Origin: Microthyrium microscopicum
Lineage: Eukaryota
Assembly: GCA_010405405.1 (NCBI GenBank)
Contig: MU004231.1
Coordinates: forward strand, 62,001-126,000
Reading direction: 5' to 3'
Length of the DNA stretch: 64,000 nt
In this document: positions 34,863 through 47,922 of the stretch, piece by piece
How the letters are laid out: each line of letters starts with the position of its first letter
Numbering within the stretch: the stretch's first letter is position 1
Notes under the pieces: model-generated
Databases searched by the model: none
Seen by the model: only the letters and a program-made list of their open reading frames with translations
Told to the model about the DNA's origin: nothing
Made by a program: the position numbers and the translations under genes

Positions 34863-36493
34863 GATGTGTGAGTATGAGCTTTGACTGAACGTTTGTCTTT
34901 TTAAATTGTTTGACTTTGAGAATAGTGCGATGGTTTTGCTTTGCGATGATGTTGTCATGTTTCAACTGGTATAACCGCCTTTATATACGTCTACGCGAGC
35001 GAGAATGCCGCGGGCGTCGTGATATCTGGTGACAGTGGCAGTGTCCTCTTTGTTCGAGTTCAAGAGACCAGAGTCGAACAATTCTGCTAATTATACAACT
35101 GATTTAGCCAACGACATGTCTTGAAGCTGGTATAGACATGATCAAATTAGTAACAGAATCCAAGATCCAATATTTTGAGCTGAATACGAGGCCAGATGCG
35201 GAACAAACATCAAATCAGCCAGTCCATTGTACTGGATATTGTCAAGGCGAAGTGTGAATTCTATGGAGTATAAAGAGTCCATGGAGTCCGACGGTCGAAG
35301 AATCATGAGATGCTGCGACAGGCTGAAGAGAGCTAAATCTAGAAGAGTATATTTAGCACAATCCATGCATCAAGATCTTGGCTTTCACCAGACAGCTTGA
35401 GCTGGGGCGCAGCATCACCATATAACACAATACATTTACCCCGCGATCGTATATATCCTGGGCAAAACAGGGGCGTAGAAGATCTTGTAGGCCTCCATGG
35501 TCTTGCTCTTGTGAACATAGCCTGGGTGGAAGTGTTTGGTGTGGTTATGAGAGGCTCGTAGCTCTCGCCGACCTTCGTATTCGGATATTCGGTTTCTGGT
35601 GTGACCAAATCATACCGAACATGAAGCCCATAGACCCCAAATGATGGAAACGAGTGAACAGCTTATGAGCTCTTCGTCTGGGAGTCGGGACTATGTTGAC
35701 GCAAAGGAAATGCAGACGCATCACCACATAGGCGCGTCTATCCGCGACAAGGACCAGGTTATGTTTGACCTCGTCTGCACACCTATCGTACAGTAATTAA
35801 TCATGACTCCGACGATAAAGTGCTCGTGTTTATTCCAAAGACGACCCGCCGGCAAATGCTGAAAACAAATTGGCTGGCAAACAGTCATCACCTGAGTTCG
35901 CGACGCCGACGCGAAGCCTTGAGCGCCACCAAGCACAATCAAACCAATCATCGCGTCTATCTCAAGTCGCGTTGCTGATACCCCTCATTCGTTCAGCGGG
36001 AGTCAGCTCAATTCCATTGTCTCTTCCTCATTCTTGACAAACTAAATATGCGAGCCATTATCAATGAAGATACCAGTAGAGGGTCTCCCAGGCTGTTGAC
36101 TACGTCAGAGTACCTTAGTATGGAGCGGGCTCGGAACAATATCAGTTCCATCGGACAGAAATTGGACCATGCCTAGAAATCTGTAAACGTATTTTTTCCG
36201 ACGTTCATGACAGGCTCCAGCATACGGCGTAGTATAGGAAGATAACGATATGCGGCCAGTTTACCATGCAGTACATTGCTTTTGCAGCGTTTCAAGAACG
36301 TTGGCTGAAAAATGGCTGATTTGAACCGGTGAATAAGGCCCATTGCGGTTGCATTGGCAACCCACAATGTATCTAGAGACGAGGTATATAACGAGACGAA
36401 TCCCAGCTTCAAAAATTTAGAACATTCCGAACATCACCTCCAACTACATCTTCTATCAAACACACTTTACACTCCTCTCAGCCCAGCAACAAA

Positions 36494-36919
36494 ATGGAAT
36501 CCAAAACCTACAACGGCTCCTGCCACTGCAAAGCCAACACCTTCAAAGTCACCGTATCCCCACCACTTGAAGACGGACACGAAGTAAATGACTGCAACTG
36601 CTCCATCTGCACCACCAACGGCTACCGACTAGCCATCGTCAGCGACGACAGCGTCACTTGGGAGAAGGGTGGATTGGACACGCTGAAGAAGTATAAGTTT
36701 GGCTCCCGTAATCTGTCCCATTATTTCTGCCCGGAATGTGGTACGAGTCTTGCTGCGGGTGGGAGTTTGGGCGGTGTGAGTAAGATCGGAATTAGCGTAA
36801 GTTCTTGGTTAGAAGACAAGAGTGTAATTTTGGTTACTGATAGATGGCAGATTCGAGCACTGGAGGGCGTGGATGTCTCAAAACTCAAGTTGAAGCCATT
36901 TGACGGCAAGGCCATGTAA
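36494..36919 (+). CDS. GFA / CENP-V family zinc-binding protein
   Basis: GSCHC, CNCSIC and HYFCPECG motifs; 54-nt intron 36797-36850. Confidence 0.9.
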   Translation: MESKTYNGSCHCKANTFKVTVSPPLEDGHEVNDCNCSICTTNGYRLAIVSDDSVTWEKGGLDTLKKYKFGSRNLSHYFCPECGTSLAAGGSLGGVSKIGISVSSWLEDKSVILVTDRWQIRALEGVDVSKLKLKPFDGKAM

Positions 36920-37110
36920 AGACTATATGACTTCATCAGCAAGAAGATATTTTCGAAAGTCAAGTGTATTAAAAGAAAGAAAGGTTCTGCTAGTGCCATG
37001 CTGAAGATGAACTCGTCTACATATCCGTGTTACTATGCTGCGATTAAAGTCCAACCCAATGCAATCAAGTTTATCATCATCCATCATACCCGTCGTCGTT
37101 CTATAATCAG

Positions 37111-38005
37111 TCAAGAGCAAAAGTACAAAACGCTTCCCACCCCCGTCAAGGTAAGGCCCATCCACCACCAAGCATTTGGATTGAGTAGAAGTTGCGCATA
37201 GTCCTGCGAGGCATCGACATCGTCCATGAACTTGGCGACGATTTCGGATCGGCGTTTGGCTATTCGAGTAGCTGTTGGGCCGGAAGTTGCGGTACCGAGT
37301 ATGATGGGATGGATAGTCGTTGTTGGTGACATGGTTGGTGTTTGGCTAACGAGATACATAGCTGGCAGTGGCGAGCCATCGAATCGATAAAGGTTTAGGC
37401 GCATAATCTTGTGATACGGGTCGATGAACACTTCATACCACTGAGGTGAAGTTAGCTCTAGTCGTTGGCAATGAGAGGTGAGTTTTCTTCACCTTCATAG
37501 TTTCCGTCTCATTGTAACGAAGATATACTGCATTGCCAAAGTGACACGGGTCTGACATGAGCTGCCGGCCGTCTATGGCAATCGGTTCGAGCATGAGGCT
37601 GCCATTCGAAAGTTTCTGATATGAGCCGTGCTGCCATTGTAGCATAGCACTTGGGCAAGATGGATCTTGGGCTATGAAAATGTAAGTGTCTGGAGAAAAT
37701 CTGGGGCGAAATACGTACGATTTGCGATGGCGCGATACCATGCCGACTCGTAAAAGCCATCGTCAGTGAAGGAATATGATATGCCAGTGTGAGTAGGTTC
37801 GATTAGTAAGTCCCGGCTTGAGTCATAGAAGGCCTGCGATACTGTTAGACTGGACATGAAATAAACGAGAGATTCAATGGTCGCATACCGGTCCAGTCAG
37901 TGTGCTGTTTGACTTCGTCGTCCACGTTCCCGTGAGCCTGGTATCGGCTGATTGAGTGAAAGCGGAGTGAAGGAGTAACAGGAGACTTAGAGCGAAAGGA
38001 AGCAT
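37111..38005 (-). CDS. ROT1: ER chaperone Rot1 (multi-exon)
   Basis: Signal peptide, [57 protein letters not shown] and a C-terminal TM segment (WWWMGL). Confidence 0.93.
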
Positions 38006-38417
38006 AATGACCGCGCGTTATTGCGTCTAGAATGGTAGAATGATTGGAGGTGATAAGTTTGTAGAGGCCATGCTGGGTGGTTGTATCTGACGAGCGGTTG
38101 ATAATGGCAAACAGCGTGGGGCTCCTTCCGTTGTTGAATTTGTAATTGGAAGGAGAGATTCAGTATCAAGGAGGCACGGTTCGAATCAAAGTCCAGACTC
38201 ATCTTGGACGTAAAATGGGAATTGTCAAGTCGCGGGGAGTTAACATTCCGCACCTTGACCAAAACGGCAATGGCGGGTCAACTTTTTTCTTCGACTCCCA
38301 ACGTTCCAACGTCAACCCACACCCACAACATCCCATCCCATCCATATTTCGTTTTGCGGCTTCCTGGCTGCGAAGTGCTAACTCAAGCCTTCCAAATCCC
38401 CACAATCTGGCGTGTTC

Positions 38418-39281
38418 ATGTCCGGAATCGGGGGTGAAGACATGGCGATAGTGCAAGCAAAGAAGGAGTTGCGAAGGCGCATCAAGCAACTATTGAGTGG
38501 AGTTACACAAGAAAGCATAGCCAGGCAAAGTAGGCAACCTCAATATATCTCATTCTTTATTTTATCTGAACTCGAGTAGCGGATTTATGCATGAAATCAT
38601 TGCTCAGTCTCCCAGAGTATAAAAAGGCACGAGCTATCAGCGTATTTTTGTCAATGCCATCTGGCGAAATATCTACCACCAACATCGTCAAAAACGCATT
38701 TCAGCATAATAAGAAAATATTTATACCTTACACATACAAGCTGAAGAAGGCATTGGATCTCTGGCCTCCGCAAGTTATGGATATGGTACAGCTGGAATCG
38801 GTAAGCGACTTTGAAAATCTGGGCAGCGACAAATGGGGAATACCCATCCCAAGCGCAGAATCAGTAGATCGAAGGAGGAACTGTTTTGGAGGCCTCGGAA
38901 AATCCGAAGGTGATCAAGAACTTGGACCAACAGATGAAGACCTCGACATTGTCATTATGCCTGGTATGGCCTTTGATCGAAGGTTGGAACGTGTAGGTCA
39001 CGGCAAAGGATACTATGACTTCTTCTTACAGCGATATCTATATCACACGCAAAAAGCTGGAACGAAAATGCCATTCCTTGGTACGTTATGCATTTGATTT
39101 GATTTCATTACTCTTCAACAGTCACCTGCTAACAGATACTGTTATAGTTGGTCTTGGGCTGGAGGAGCAACTTCTTCCAGCAGAAGAACAGGTCCCGGCC
39201 GATGCAACAGACTACAAGCTCGATGCTTTGATCCTTGGTAGTGGAGAAGTTCTCCGTGCAGATACCACACGTCCGAAATAA
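38418..39281 (+). CDS. FAU1: 5-formyltetrahydrofolate cyclo-ligase (start 38418 or 38442)
   Basis: AKKELRRRIK, SVFLSMPSGEI, KWGIP, IMPGMAFD..L.RVGHGKGYYD; two introns. Confidence 0.92.
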
Positions 39282-39370
39282 TTTCCCATATACATACTGC
39301 GCATTGTTTATTATACCGGCCGGCTGATGTGGTACTTCGGGGTGCCATCGCTGATGTATCAGTGGAAGTC

Positions 39371-39768
39371 TCATTGCGGCGTGAGCATTTGTATGAGGGA
39401 CACATTGTCACCCTTTAGAAGGATGCGACCTGTTGCCCCGTTAGATCATTGTTCTTGTGCATAGACGAATATGTATACCTAGAGGTTTTTTCGTCTCCGG
39501 CGCTGCTTTTGTGGCCAATATGACTTCCACTGCATCGTCTACAACCAGGTTCATGAACTCGTCAAACCCCTATCAAAAATGTTAGCATTCAGCAACCTAA
39601 CAATGAAGAGGTTGGGAAGCATACTCTGATCTTGCCTTCAATGCGCATGTTGAGCTGTTCGTACAACCATATTGAGCAAGGAATTTGTTGTTGTAGGATT
39701 CGGAAGATGAAGTTGATAGGAGGGAGCAGGACTTTTCCTCGTTGACCGCCGCCGTGTCTATGTGCCAT
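39371..39768 (-). CDS. SME1: Small nuclear ribonucleoprotein E (Sm E)
   Basis: Not in the ORF track. Exons 39768-39625, 39569-39479 and 39429-39371 splice to MAHRHGGGQRGKVLLPPINFIFRILQQQIPCSIWLYEQLNMRIEGKIRGFDEFMNLVVDDAVEV...LGRILLKGDNVSLIQMLTPQ*. Confidence 0.96.
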
Positions 39769-40377
39769 GCTGAGATGTGGGAGGTCTTGTGGATGTTGGT
39801 GTTTGACAAACTGATCACGGAAGTTGAGAGCCTCTGATCAAGACTGCGCCTAGTGATTTGGTAGGCCAGGTAGCAGAACAATGCGGTGAATTGGATGAGG
39901 TTACTGGGTATTTGCGACGGGATTTGTACAGGAGGGATATTTTGGAGATAGTGTTGGTGGTTGTGTCTTTTGGAGAATTGAAGTTTCTGGGTTGAGATGC
40001 ACGGGCCTTGCTGCAGCAACCTAGCACGAGGCAAGACAGCAAGAGCAACCGGCAACCCAGGCGCAAGCTCGTTGGTGGGAAAGGAAGGCGCGGGCCAAAC
40101 CGACGTCAATCTGTAGTCGACCTTGAAAACATCCTTTCGCTCACTCTCTTCCTTTTCCACCACCAAACTCTTTCAAACTCTCCACCTGGTTTACGACTTC
40201 TATATCGCTTTCGCCCTCTTACTGCATGCCCGGCTGTTCTTCTTCATAGACAACAGATCACCAGATCCCGTCTCCATACTCACCCCACTTTGCGCTGAAT
40301 TGGTTAAGGCCTCCTGCTTGTTTTCTGGGCTTTGCCCGATATTGGCCTTCCAAGCTCATCCGTATACTGCTGGCAAT

Positions 40378-43300
40378 ATGGCCTCCAACGGTGCTGCCGA
40401 CCAGGCCATTGCGCCAGTAGTAACTGCGTATGAGCTCACTCTGCAGCCAAATGTCACCCCAGAACAGAAGAATGGCGCGCTTCAATATTTGGAGCAGTTC
40501 CAGAAATCGGTTGGTTTGCTCAACAATAGCCCACAACTCACACTAATGTTATTGCTATAGGATGCAGCATGGAACATAATATTCGAGATGCTCAAACATG
40601 ATGCTATCTCAGGACCAATTCAAATGTTCGCGGCCACATCGCTAAAGGGCAAGGTATGTACACTGTTATATTTTCCTCACATCGTGATATGTTATGCTAA
40701 CCTGGGAAGATGATACACGATCTCGATCAGCTACCTCGCAACGCCCTCCCTGCTCTACGAGACTCCTTATTCGAACTTCTACTCAAATATCGAGATGGCC
40801 CTCGGCCAGTGCGAACTCAACTTACAGTCAGCCTTGCCCATCTAGCCATACAAATGACAGAGTGGAAGGATGTGCTACCCGTAGTCATCGCAAAGTTCTC
40901 TGGGAAAGGCGACGGCGCGACTACCGTCTTCCTGGAATTTCTCAAAGTCCTCGCCGAGGAGCTTACAGAAGGACGAAAAATCCACCTCAGTGTACGTTCG
41001 ACCTCGGCTCCGATATTCCCATTGGCCTCCAAACATCAGCTATATACTTTGATCAAAATCTAATACTGCTCGCTCCCTTAGGAAGATGAATTAATTGAGA
41101 GATCGTCAGAATTGCTGACTGGCAACGCTGAACAAATTCTCCAAATCCTCAATGGCTACGCATCGTCGTCATGTAAGTTTTGAGCAGTCGCTACTGTGGC
41201 CATGCTAATAAATCAATAGCTTCTGCTGCCAAAGATTCCTCCTTCATATCATGTATTCAGTCCTGGACTCGAGAAATTCCCTTGGACCGAATCATTGCCT
41301 CGCCGGTCATGAAAACCATAATAACCGCCTTGGACTCACCTGAAGCATTTGATCCTGCCGTGGATTGCTTGATTGCAATTATACGAGAGACTAGAGATGT
41401 CGATGATACATTGGAAAACATCAAGGCGTTATCCCCTATAGTCATGAGTTTGCGCCCCAAATTGTCTCAGGCCGCGGCAGAAGAAGACATGGATACTTTC
41501 AAAGGAATGGCCCGCCTCTTTGCAGAAACTGGTGAAAACTGGGTTGTTTTGATTGCCCGCGAGCCGGCAGCTTTCCAGCCTCTGGTCGAGAGTATTCTGG
41601 AAGTATCGACGAGAGACTGGGAGAAGGAGGCGATAGGCTACACATTCCGATTCTGGGAAGATCTCAAGTTGTGGCTGGTTATGGATAAATACGTTCATGC
41701 CCGGCAGCTTTACGAGCCAATTCTATCGCAATTGATTGATAATATGATCAAGCACCTACAATATCCCACTCCGGAGGATGTCAATGAACTGGATCTCTTT
41801 GAAGGCGATCGAGAAGCAGAGGAACGGTTTCGCAATTACCGACATGACATGGGCCATGTGCTCAAGGACTCTTGCGATGTGCTTGGACCTGAAAAATGCC
41901 TTGCAAAATCTTACGAACTTATCAAGAACTGGGTTGGAAAATACGGCTCGCAAGTGTCTGGAGATTTTATTCCACATTGGCAAGAGCTTGAAGCGCCAAT
42001 ATTTGCAATGCGGGCTCTTGGCCAGGTTATCCCTCCAACTGAGAACGTAATGCTACCACAGCTCATCCCGATCTTGGTCGGCATACCAAACCAAGAGAAA
42101 ATCCGATATCAGGCCGTCATGACCTTGGGACGATATACCGAATGGACAGCACAACATCCAGAAACTCTCGAAGACCAGCTCAAGTTTATCATGGATGCCT
42201 TCGCCCATCCATCAAAAGAAGTCGTTCGCGGTGCCACTCACTCGTTTCAATACTTTTGCGCAGATTGTGCCGATTTATTGAAACCTCATTTCCTTCAGAT
42301 CAAGCAGTTTTACATCGGTGTCATTGACTCGCTCGGAGACAATGCTCAACAAGATGTGACGGAAGGTATGGCATCAATTCTTGCAAAGCAGCCTTTGGAA
42401 TCGCTTTACGACAATATGAAAATGTGCTGTGATCCTATTGTCCAAAAGATAATTCAAATGGCACGAGCTGCTACGGACGACAAATCGAAGATAGATATTG
42501 CAGGTATGGTTATTATTTCATTCGAGTGATCATTACTAACATACGAGTAGACAAACTGCAGCTGTTGACTATCTTCATACAAAAAGTCAGCCCGTATATC
42601 CCTGCCAATCAACCACATCCCGCAGTGAAGTACTGCGAGGAATTGGTTCCAGTGCTTTCAGCATTAGTTGAAGGCTTCATTGACTCTAGCCCAATTCTAG
42701 AACGGGTCTGTCGGTGCTGGCGGTACATGATTCTATCTTATCGCATGTCTTCAGCTCCTCTACTAGCGGTTCTCCCACAAAAGCTCGTCGCAGGATTCAA
42801 AGCCACTCGTCAAGGGTGCTTCTTGTGGGCATCGGATTCCATCGTTCGCGAGTTTTCTGAGCACGCCGAGGATGCTGATCCATCAATTCTTTCAGCAATT
42901 GTTCCTTTCTACGAGAGTCTGGCGGAAATATTCTTGACCGCGATGACCGAGGTGACTGGAGAGAATTTGCCAGACTTGATTGAAGATTTTTTCAGGCTAA
43001 CCATGGATGTTGTTCTTCATCATCCGCGATCAGCCTTCAAATCAACGATATTTGATCCTGTTCTGCTGGCCGCGATTCATGCGCTCAATCTGCTCAAAAT
43101 CGAGGTCCTTATGGCAGATTTACATTTTCTACGGGACTTTATCAGCTATGGTACGGATAACCCTCCCTTCTCAACATACGGCGACTCTGGGACACCGCCA
43201 AATAGCCCGGAGACACAGGCTACAGTGAAAGCTTTGTTGAGCAAACATGGCAAGCAATTGACTGAGAGAGTATTAGCTGGCATGCTATACACATTCCCAG

Positions 43301-43643
43301 GAGACTGCATCCCTGACGCTTCTGGTGTTTTCCTTGATATGATGAGAGTGCTACCTCAAGAAACTGGCGCGTGGTTTAGTGGTACTTTGGATCAGATGCC
43401 TGCTGGTGCCATAAGACAACAAGAGCGCGACAGACTCTCCCACGGAATTCAAGAGTAAGTTTATCAATCAGCAAAAAGAACTTACAATACTAACAACTTC
43501 CTAGAAAATTGGATACGAATGATCATGTCAAGATCCGCATTTTGCTTCAAGACTTTACGACGTCGTATCGCAGACGAAACGTGGCTCCGCGGGAAGGTCT
43601 AGGTATACTGGAGCCATCAAGATTTGTGTATAAAGGAGCTTAG
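40378..43643 (+). CDS. MTR10: Importin-beta family nuclear import receptor Mtr10 / transportin-SR (multi-exon)
   Basis: YLEQFQKS|DAAW, FAATSLKGK, AEELTEGRKI, LFEGDREAEERFR.YRH.MG.VLKD, C-terminal LLQDFTTSYRRRNVAPREGLG. Confidence 0.93.
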
Positions 43644-43907
43644 TGGCAACCAAAAGTAGTAGAAGCATGATTGATAACGAAAAGGTTAATAGCGCTTATG
43701 TTGCATCTGTAGACTGGCAAAGCCTGGGTTTGGCTGATGAGAAGCGATTTGTTGTTTGTGCCACTTACTCTCTTGACTCTGTTGTATGTGTCTAGTCGAT
43801 ATCACGGCGAGGAGGAAGTAAGCTTCTTGCCTACCTATCTGTATACCTCCTCACCTTGATTCTATATAGAATCAAATCAAAGCACTTAGTCTTTCCATGT
43901 GCTATTC

Positions 43908-45245
43908 TTATCCTTGCGCAGCTCTCTCTGCTCGCGCTAGCATTTCTTTGGCTGTCTTGAGTGCTTGGTGTCTTTCATTGCTTCGGCCTGGTGTTGCGTT
44001 GGAATCGATTCCGTCTTCGAGTGAAAGACCTCCCATACTAAAGAGATCATCGTCTATCTTGTCGACTGGCGCATCCACTAGATCCGCTATCCATTGCGCT
44101 ACCATACTTCGTAAGCGCAGCATTTCAACGCTGTTATCATATGGCGCATTGTCTAGTTCCGTATCGAAGCGCTCAGCCAATTCACGTGCTGAAGCAAGTT
44201 CGCGCTCCCGGATGGCCTCTGCTCCATCGATTTCCTCCGCGTCGCGATCTATTGAGCCTCGCCGGTTTGATACGAATAAACTGCTAGACCGTAATGAGGC
44301 TGGGGACGCTGCCCGGCTGCGTGTTTCGATGGCTGCTTTGCGAGCGAGTTTTGCTGTCGCAAGTCGTGAGCGTTGGGTGATCTGATATATCCACACGCTA
44401 AAGAACGCAGGATAGAAATTCGGGATCATGGGAACCAGGTTCAGTGGTGTATTTCGCTTTGGCGGATGTCGACGAATCTGGCCTTCGTAGAACTGTTTCG
44501 CAGCTTCAAGATTGGCCTCTGGAATGACATCTCCCCCATCCACATCCTCAGTCTCCTTTTCAGCAGCCTCATCATCACCATCATCACGCATCTCGACATC
44601 TCCATCGCCTACCACCGTCTCCTCATCACCACCTGAACGACCAGATGTTTTCTGCCTCGTCTTCCCCCTTCTCAGCAAAACCTCCGCCCCAATACCCCAC
44701 CTCCCAAACGCTCGTAAGTCCACACCATCCGGACTAGCCCTTAATAACAATGCCCACGCACGGCCTGCACGCTCATAGTCTCCTCGCAACAACGCGCTGT
44801 GCAGTACCGTCGTCATGACAGCTAAGTGCTGTGCTTTCGCATGTCCGCCTGTCCCAGTCCATATGTTATGTAGCGGAGGTTGCAATGCGAGTGTTGCAGT
44901 TTTTGCTTGAGCGAGGATATTTGGGCCATCAGGGTTTTGGTGTGGCGGGGCATCAGGGAAGGGGGAGGGAGGGATGGGGTCGTTGGGTTGGTGGCCGGCG
45001 AGGGCGAATTGGGAGAGTTGGGCGCGGGTTAGATGGGTGAGGATTGGGGTGGGATTACGGGTTGGTGATTGAGGCGGTGATTGTGGTAGTTGTTGTCCTT
45101 GCGGTGGACTGGAGGAAGGGGAATTGTTTTCGGGGGAAGTTATGGTGCTGCTGCGTTTGCGTTTGCGCTTTGCTGTGGCTTCTGATTCGGCTTGTGTTGG
45201 TGGTGGCGGTTGGCGGCGGGTTTGGAAGATTGTGGTGTTGACCAT
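43908..45245 (-). CDS. Probable RNA polymerase I core-factor subunit Rrn11-like protein
   Basis: 445-aa ORF; the block QHLAVMTTVLHSALLRGDYERAGRAWALLLR...RWGIGAEVLL resembles filamentous-fungal Rrn11 from memory; NLS-like KRKRKR. Confidence 0.6.
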   Translation of the reverse strand: MVNTTIFQTRRQPPPPTQAESEATAKRKRKRSSTITSPENNSPSSSPPQGQQLPQSPPQSPTRNPTPILTHLTRAQLSQFALAGHQPNDPIPPSPFPDAPPHQNPDGPNILAQAKTATLALQPPLHNIWTGTGGHAKAQHLAVMTTVLHSALLRGDYERAGRAWALLLRASPDGVDLRAFGRWGIGAEVLLRRGKTRQKTSGRSGGDEETVVGDGDVEMRDDGDDEAAEKETEDVDGGDVIPEANLEAAKQFYEGQIRRHPPKRNTPLNLVPMIPNFYPAFFSVWIYQITQRSRLATAKLARKAAIETRSRAASPASLRSSSLFVSNRRGSIDRDAEEIDGAEAIRERELASARELAERFDTELDNAPYDNSVEMLRLRSMVAQWIADLVDAPVDKIDDDLFSMGGLSLEDGIDSNATPGRSNERHQALKTAKEMLARAERAAQG

Positions 45246-45816
45246 GGTTGTTTTCGACTTGGGGAGATGATTGTTCAGGGTTTTGAATTCAGTAATTGTT
45301 CATGTGCTTGTGATCATTGTAATGAGAGTTGGAATTGCTAGACTAAGAAAGTGTAATAGTCTGACTGGGAAAATTGTATATGTATATATATCTCATTTCA
45401 TATCTGACATGAAGGTCTTGGTGTTGAGAGCATTTGGGTACTTTATATTGACTGGGAAGCGCCTGCCGCTTTGGTAGCACTGAGCTAGTCCTGTTTAGTG
45501 CTAGTCTACGGGAACTTGGCAAGAGCGAGGCAGACCGATGACCGTGCCAAGCAGCCCGCGCCTGCCAGACGTCTTCCTGACCAATTACATACATGCCTCA
45601 CTTCCATCACATTCGGGGAGTCAACCTACCTCCACATCAAGCCTACCGAACCTACCTCACCTACTGCTCCCATCACCGCATCTCCTCCCTATCATACACC
45701 TCCAACTCTGCCTCAAACAGTTCCGCCATACCTCAGACACGCTCTCTATATCCTCCGCTGTTTCCGGCCTCAAAATTTCACCCTCAGCTGCCGATAGGCC
45801 TCGCGTACGCGCCACC

Positions 45817-47922
45817 ATGGGCCAAGCCCTCTCCTCTAGGCAAGAGACCGCTTCGACGAACGACAATGTAGTCGAGCAGGGAACCGTTCGACAAGACTTA
45901 CATGGCTTTCCGAGTGCTTTCACTGAGGCTCGGACGGAGGAGACCTCGACTCGACCAACGCAATGGCGCCGCCGAAGCTCCCGCATGATTAATCGCCTCA
46001 ATGGTTCGCGGTCCTCAATGATGATGCCACCACCCGAACCTCCGTCCGCCACGTCACCCGCCAACAACAACCGTAGATCTCGACTTCTGCGCCGCGCACA
46101 CTCTTCTATATCAGGCGGAATACCGGGTGTGTTTCGACGTAGAGCTGGAGATCGAGCCCGAGACTCTTCCTCCTCCCTGCTCTTATCCACCCCACCAGCA
46201 GGAGCTATTCGACCTTCATTACGGCATACGATAAGTGCACCTGTCGATTTTGATGTTCCTCCTTCTCCAAACTCTGTTCTCCCCATGGACATTGACGAGC
46301 CGGAGATTGAAAATGAGCTTCCGTCCTTGACTCGTAGGCGGTCAACAGCACGGCCCACGTCACTCTTGGCCGATAGACTGGCGGCTTTTAGGCCAGAACG
46401 ACTTACAAGAACAATGTCCAACTCGATACGGCGGCGTAGAGAAGGCTTATCTCGGGGAGACGAACAAATACCAGTTTTGTCACAATTACTTTCCGCGGCT
46501 GCCGCGGCTACCGCAGCCTCACTCATGGGAGACGATCCAAATGCTGTCCGCAATGCCCGGGGAATTGGGGGAGATGAAAGTACCCTGGAAAGCTTTTTAG
46601 AATCGCTACAAAATGGCAGAATGGCTAGTGCACTCAACAGAACGGCCGGAAATGGCGACGGGGATGATAATGGCAACGCTGCTGGTGGTGTAAACTTTGT
46701 TCGACTGTTTCGCTTCGGTTCTGCCAATAGCCGGCGTCCCGAATCAAGCACATCCCATCGACCCGAAAGTCGTCAAACTAGTGACGAAACCGAGGACGGA
46801 ACCAGTTCAGAGGGTCGAATGGTCCCCATTATAATTGTTGGGATAAGATCCATCAATCCAAATGCTAGCGGCCAAGATGATCAAGGGGTGCCATCATTTA
46901 TTGACGCTCTCACCGGTTTCCCTGACCAAGTGCCCCCTGATCCGAATGCTGAAAGGCTTCCAACCAATGGTTCTAGGTTCAGTCACCGACGGCGAGCATC
47001 ATTAGGTGGACTTGGGTATGACAGTCAGCGACACCAACGAATGTCAGACATTCCAAGACCTTTCTCGTCCACATCGGAAGCCTCGTCGGGACCTCGTCCA
47101 CCTCCTTCGACTCCCGCGAGTTCCGGTTTATCAGCATTTTCTTCTGGAACAACGACGCCGACACAAACTCTATCCTCAGCTTTAGGTACTGGATCAGCAG
47201 TTCCGTCGAGGAGAGGAAGTATTGGCAGGGCGTCACCACTTTTGGAGTCTACAGAAGAAGATCCACCAAATTCGCGAAGAAATCCTCGCACACGAAGACT
47301 TAGCGAGTCTGACTTTACGCGTTGGGGGTCCGGCTCCTCTCGTCGAAATGGAGTTGTTGAGCCTGATGACCCTGATCGTGAACGTTCGCGCAGCTGGATA
47401 ATATATGTTCTTGGTGGTAGCTATCCAGAGAATCATCCTTTGCTTAACACGCCAAGCTTGTTCACTGATCAGCCCACGTACGAGGATATGCTTCTTCTCT
47501 CATCACTGATAGGACCGGCAAAGCCACCTGTTGCTAGTGAGGATGATGTTGCATCGGCGCCAGGCTTGTATACCATTAAGAATGGCGAATACCCTGGCTC
47601 ATTGATTGGAGTCGCTGTCGCTACGGATGATATCGTTGCTATCAGCACAGACGAGCGTTGTCTGGTCTGTCTTTGCGATTTTGAGGCTGATGAGGAGATG
47701 CGAAAGCTAATCAGCTGTGGACATATGTTCCACAAAGACTGCATTGATCAGGTTTGTTTGTAAAGACTCGGAATCACGACTAGACTAACCTTTTGATAGT
47801 GGCTTACAACTGGTCGTAATTCATGCCCACTCTGTCGACGAGAAGGTGTTCAAAAGTCCTCCGAGTCGGGAACCCCAAGTCCAAACTCAGAGGCACCGCC
47901 AGCTGTACCCCAGGCTGCCTAG
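45817..47922 (+). CDS. RING-H2 finger protein (putative E3 ubiquitin ligase)
   Basis: CLVCLCDF...CGHMFHKDCIDQ|WLTTGRNSCPLCR across intron 47752-47799. Start placed at GCCACCATGG (MGQALSS); an in-frame upstream ATG exists at 45538. Confidence 0.9.

Noticed and set aside
39597..40166. 189-aa minus ORF
   Set aside because: It is out of frame with the real SmE exon and runs through its intron and promoter.
45657..46751. 364-aa antisense ORF, and similar shadow ORFs over AVO3, GPR89, GUF1 and the Pro-rich genes
   Set aside because: They overlap well-supported genes on the opposite strand and show no recognisable motifs.
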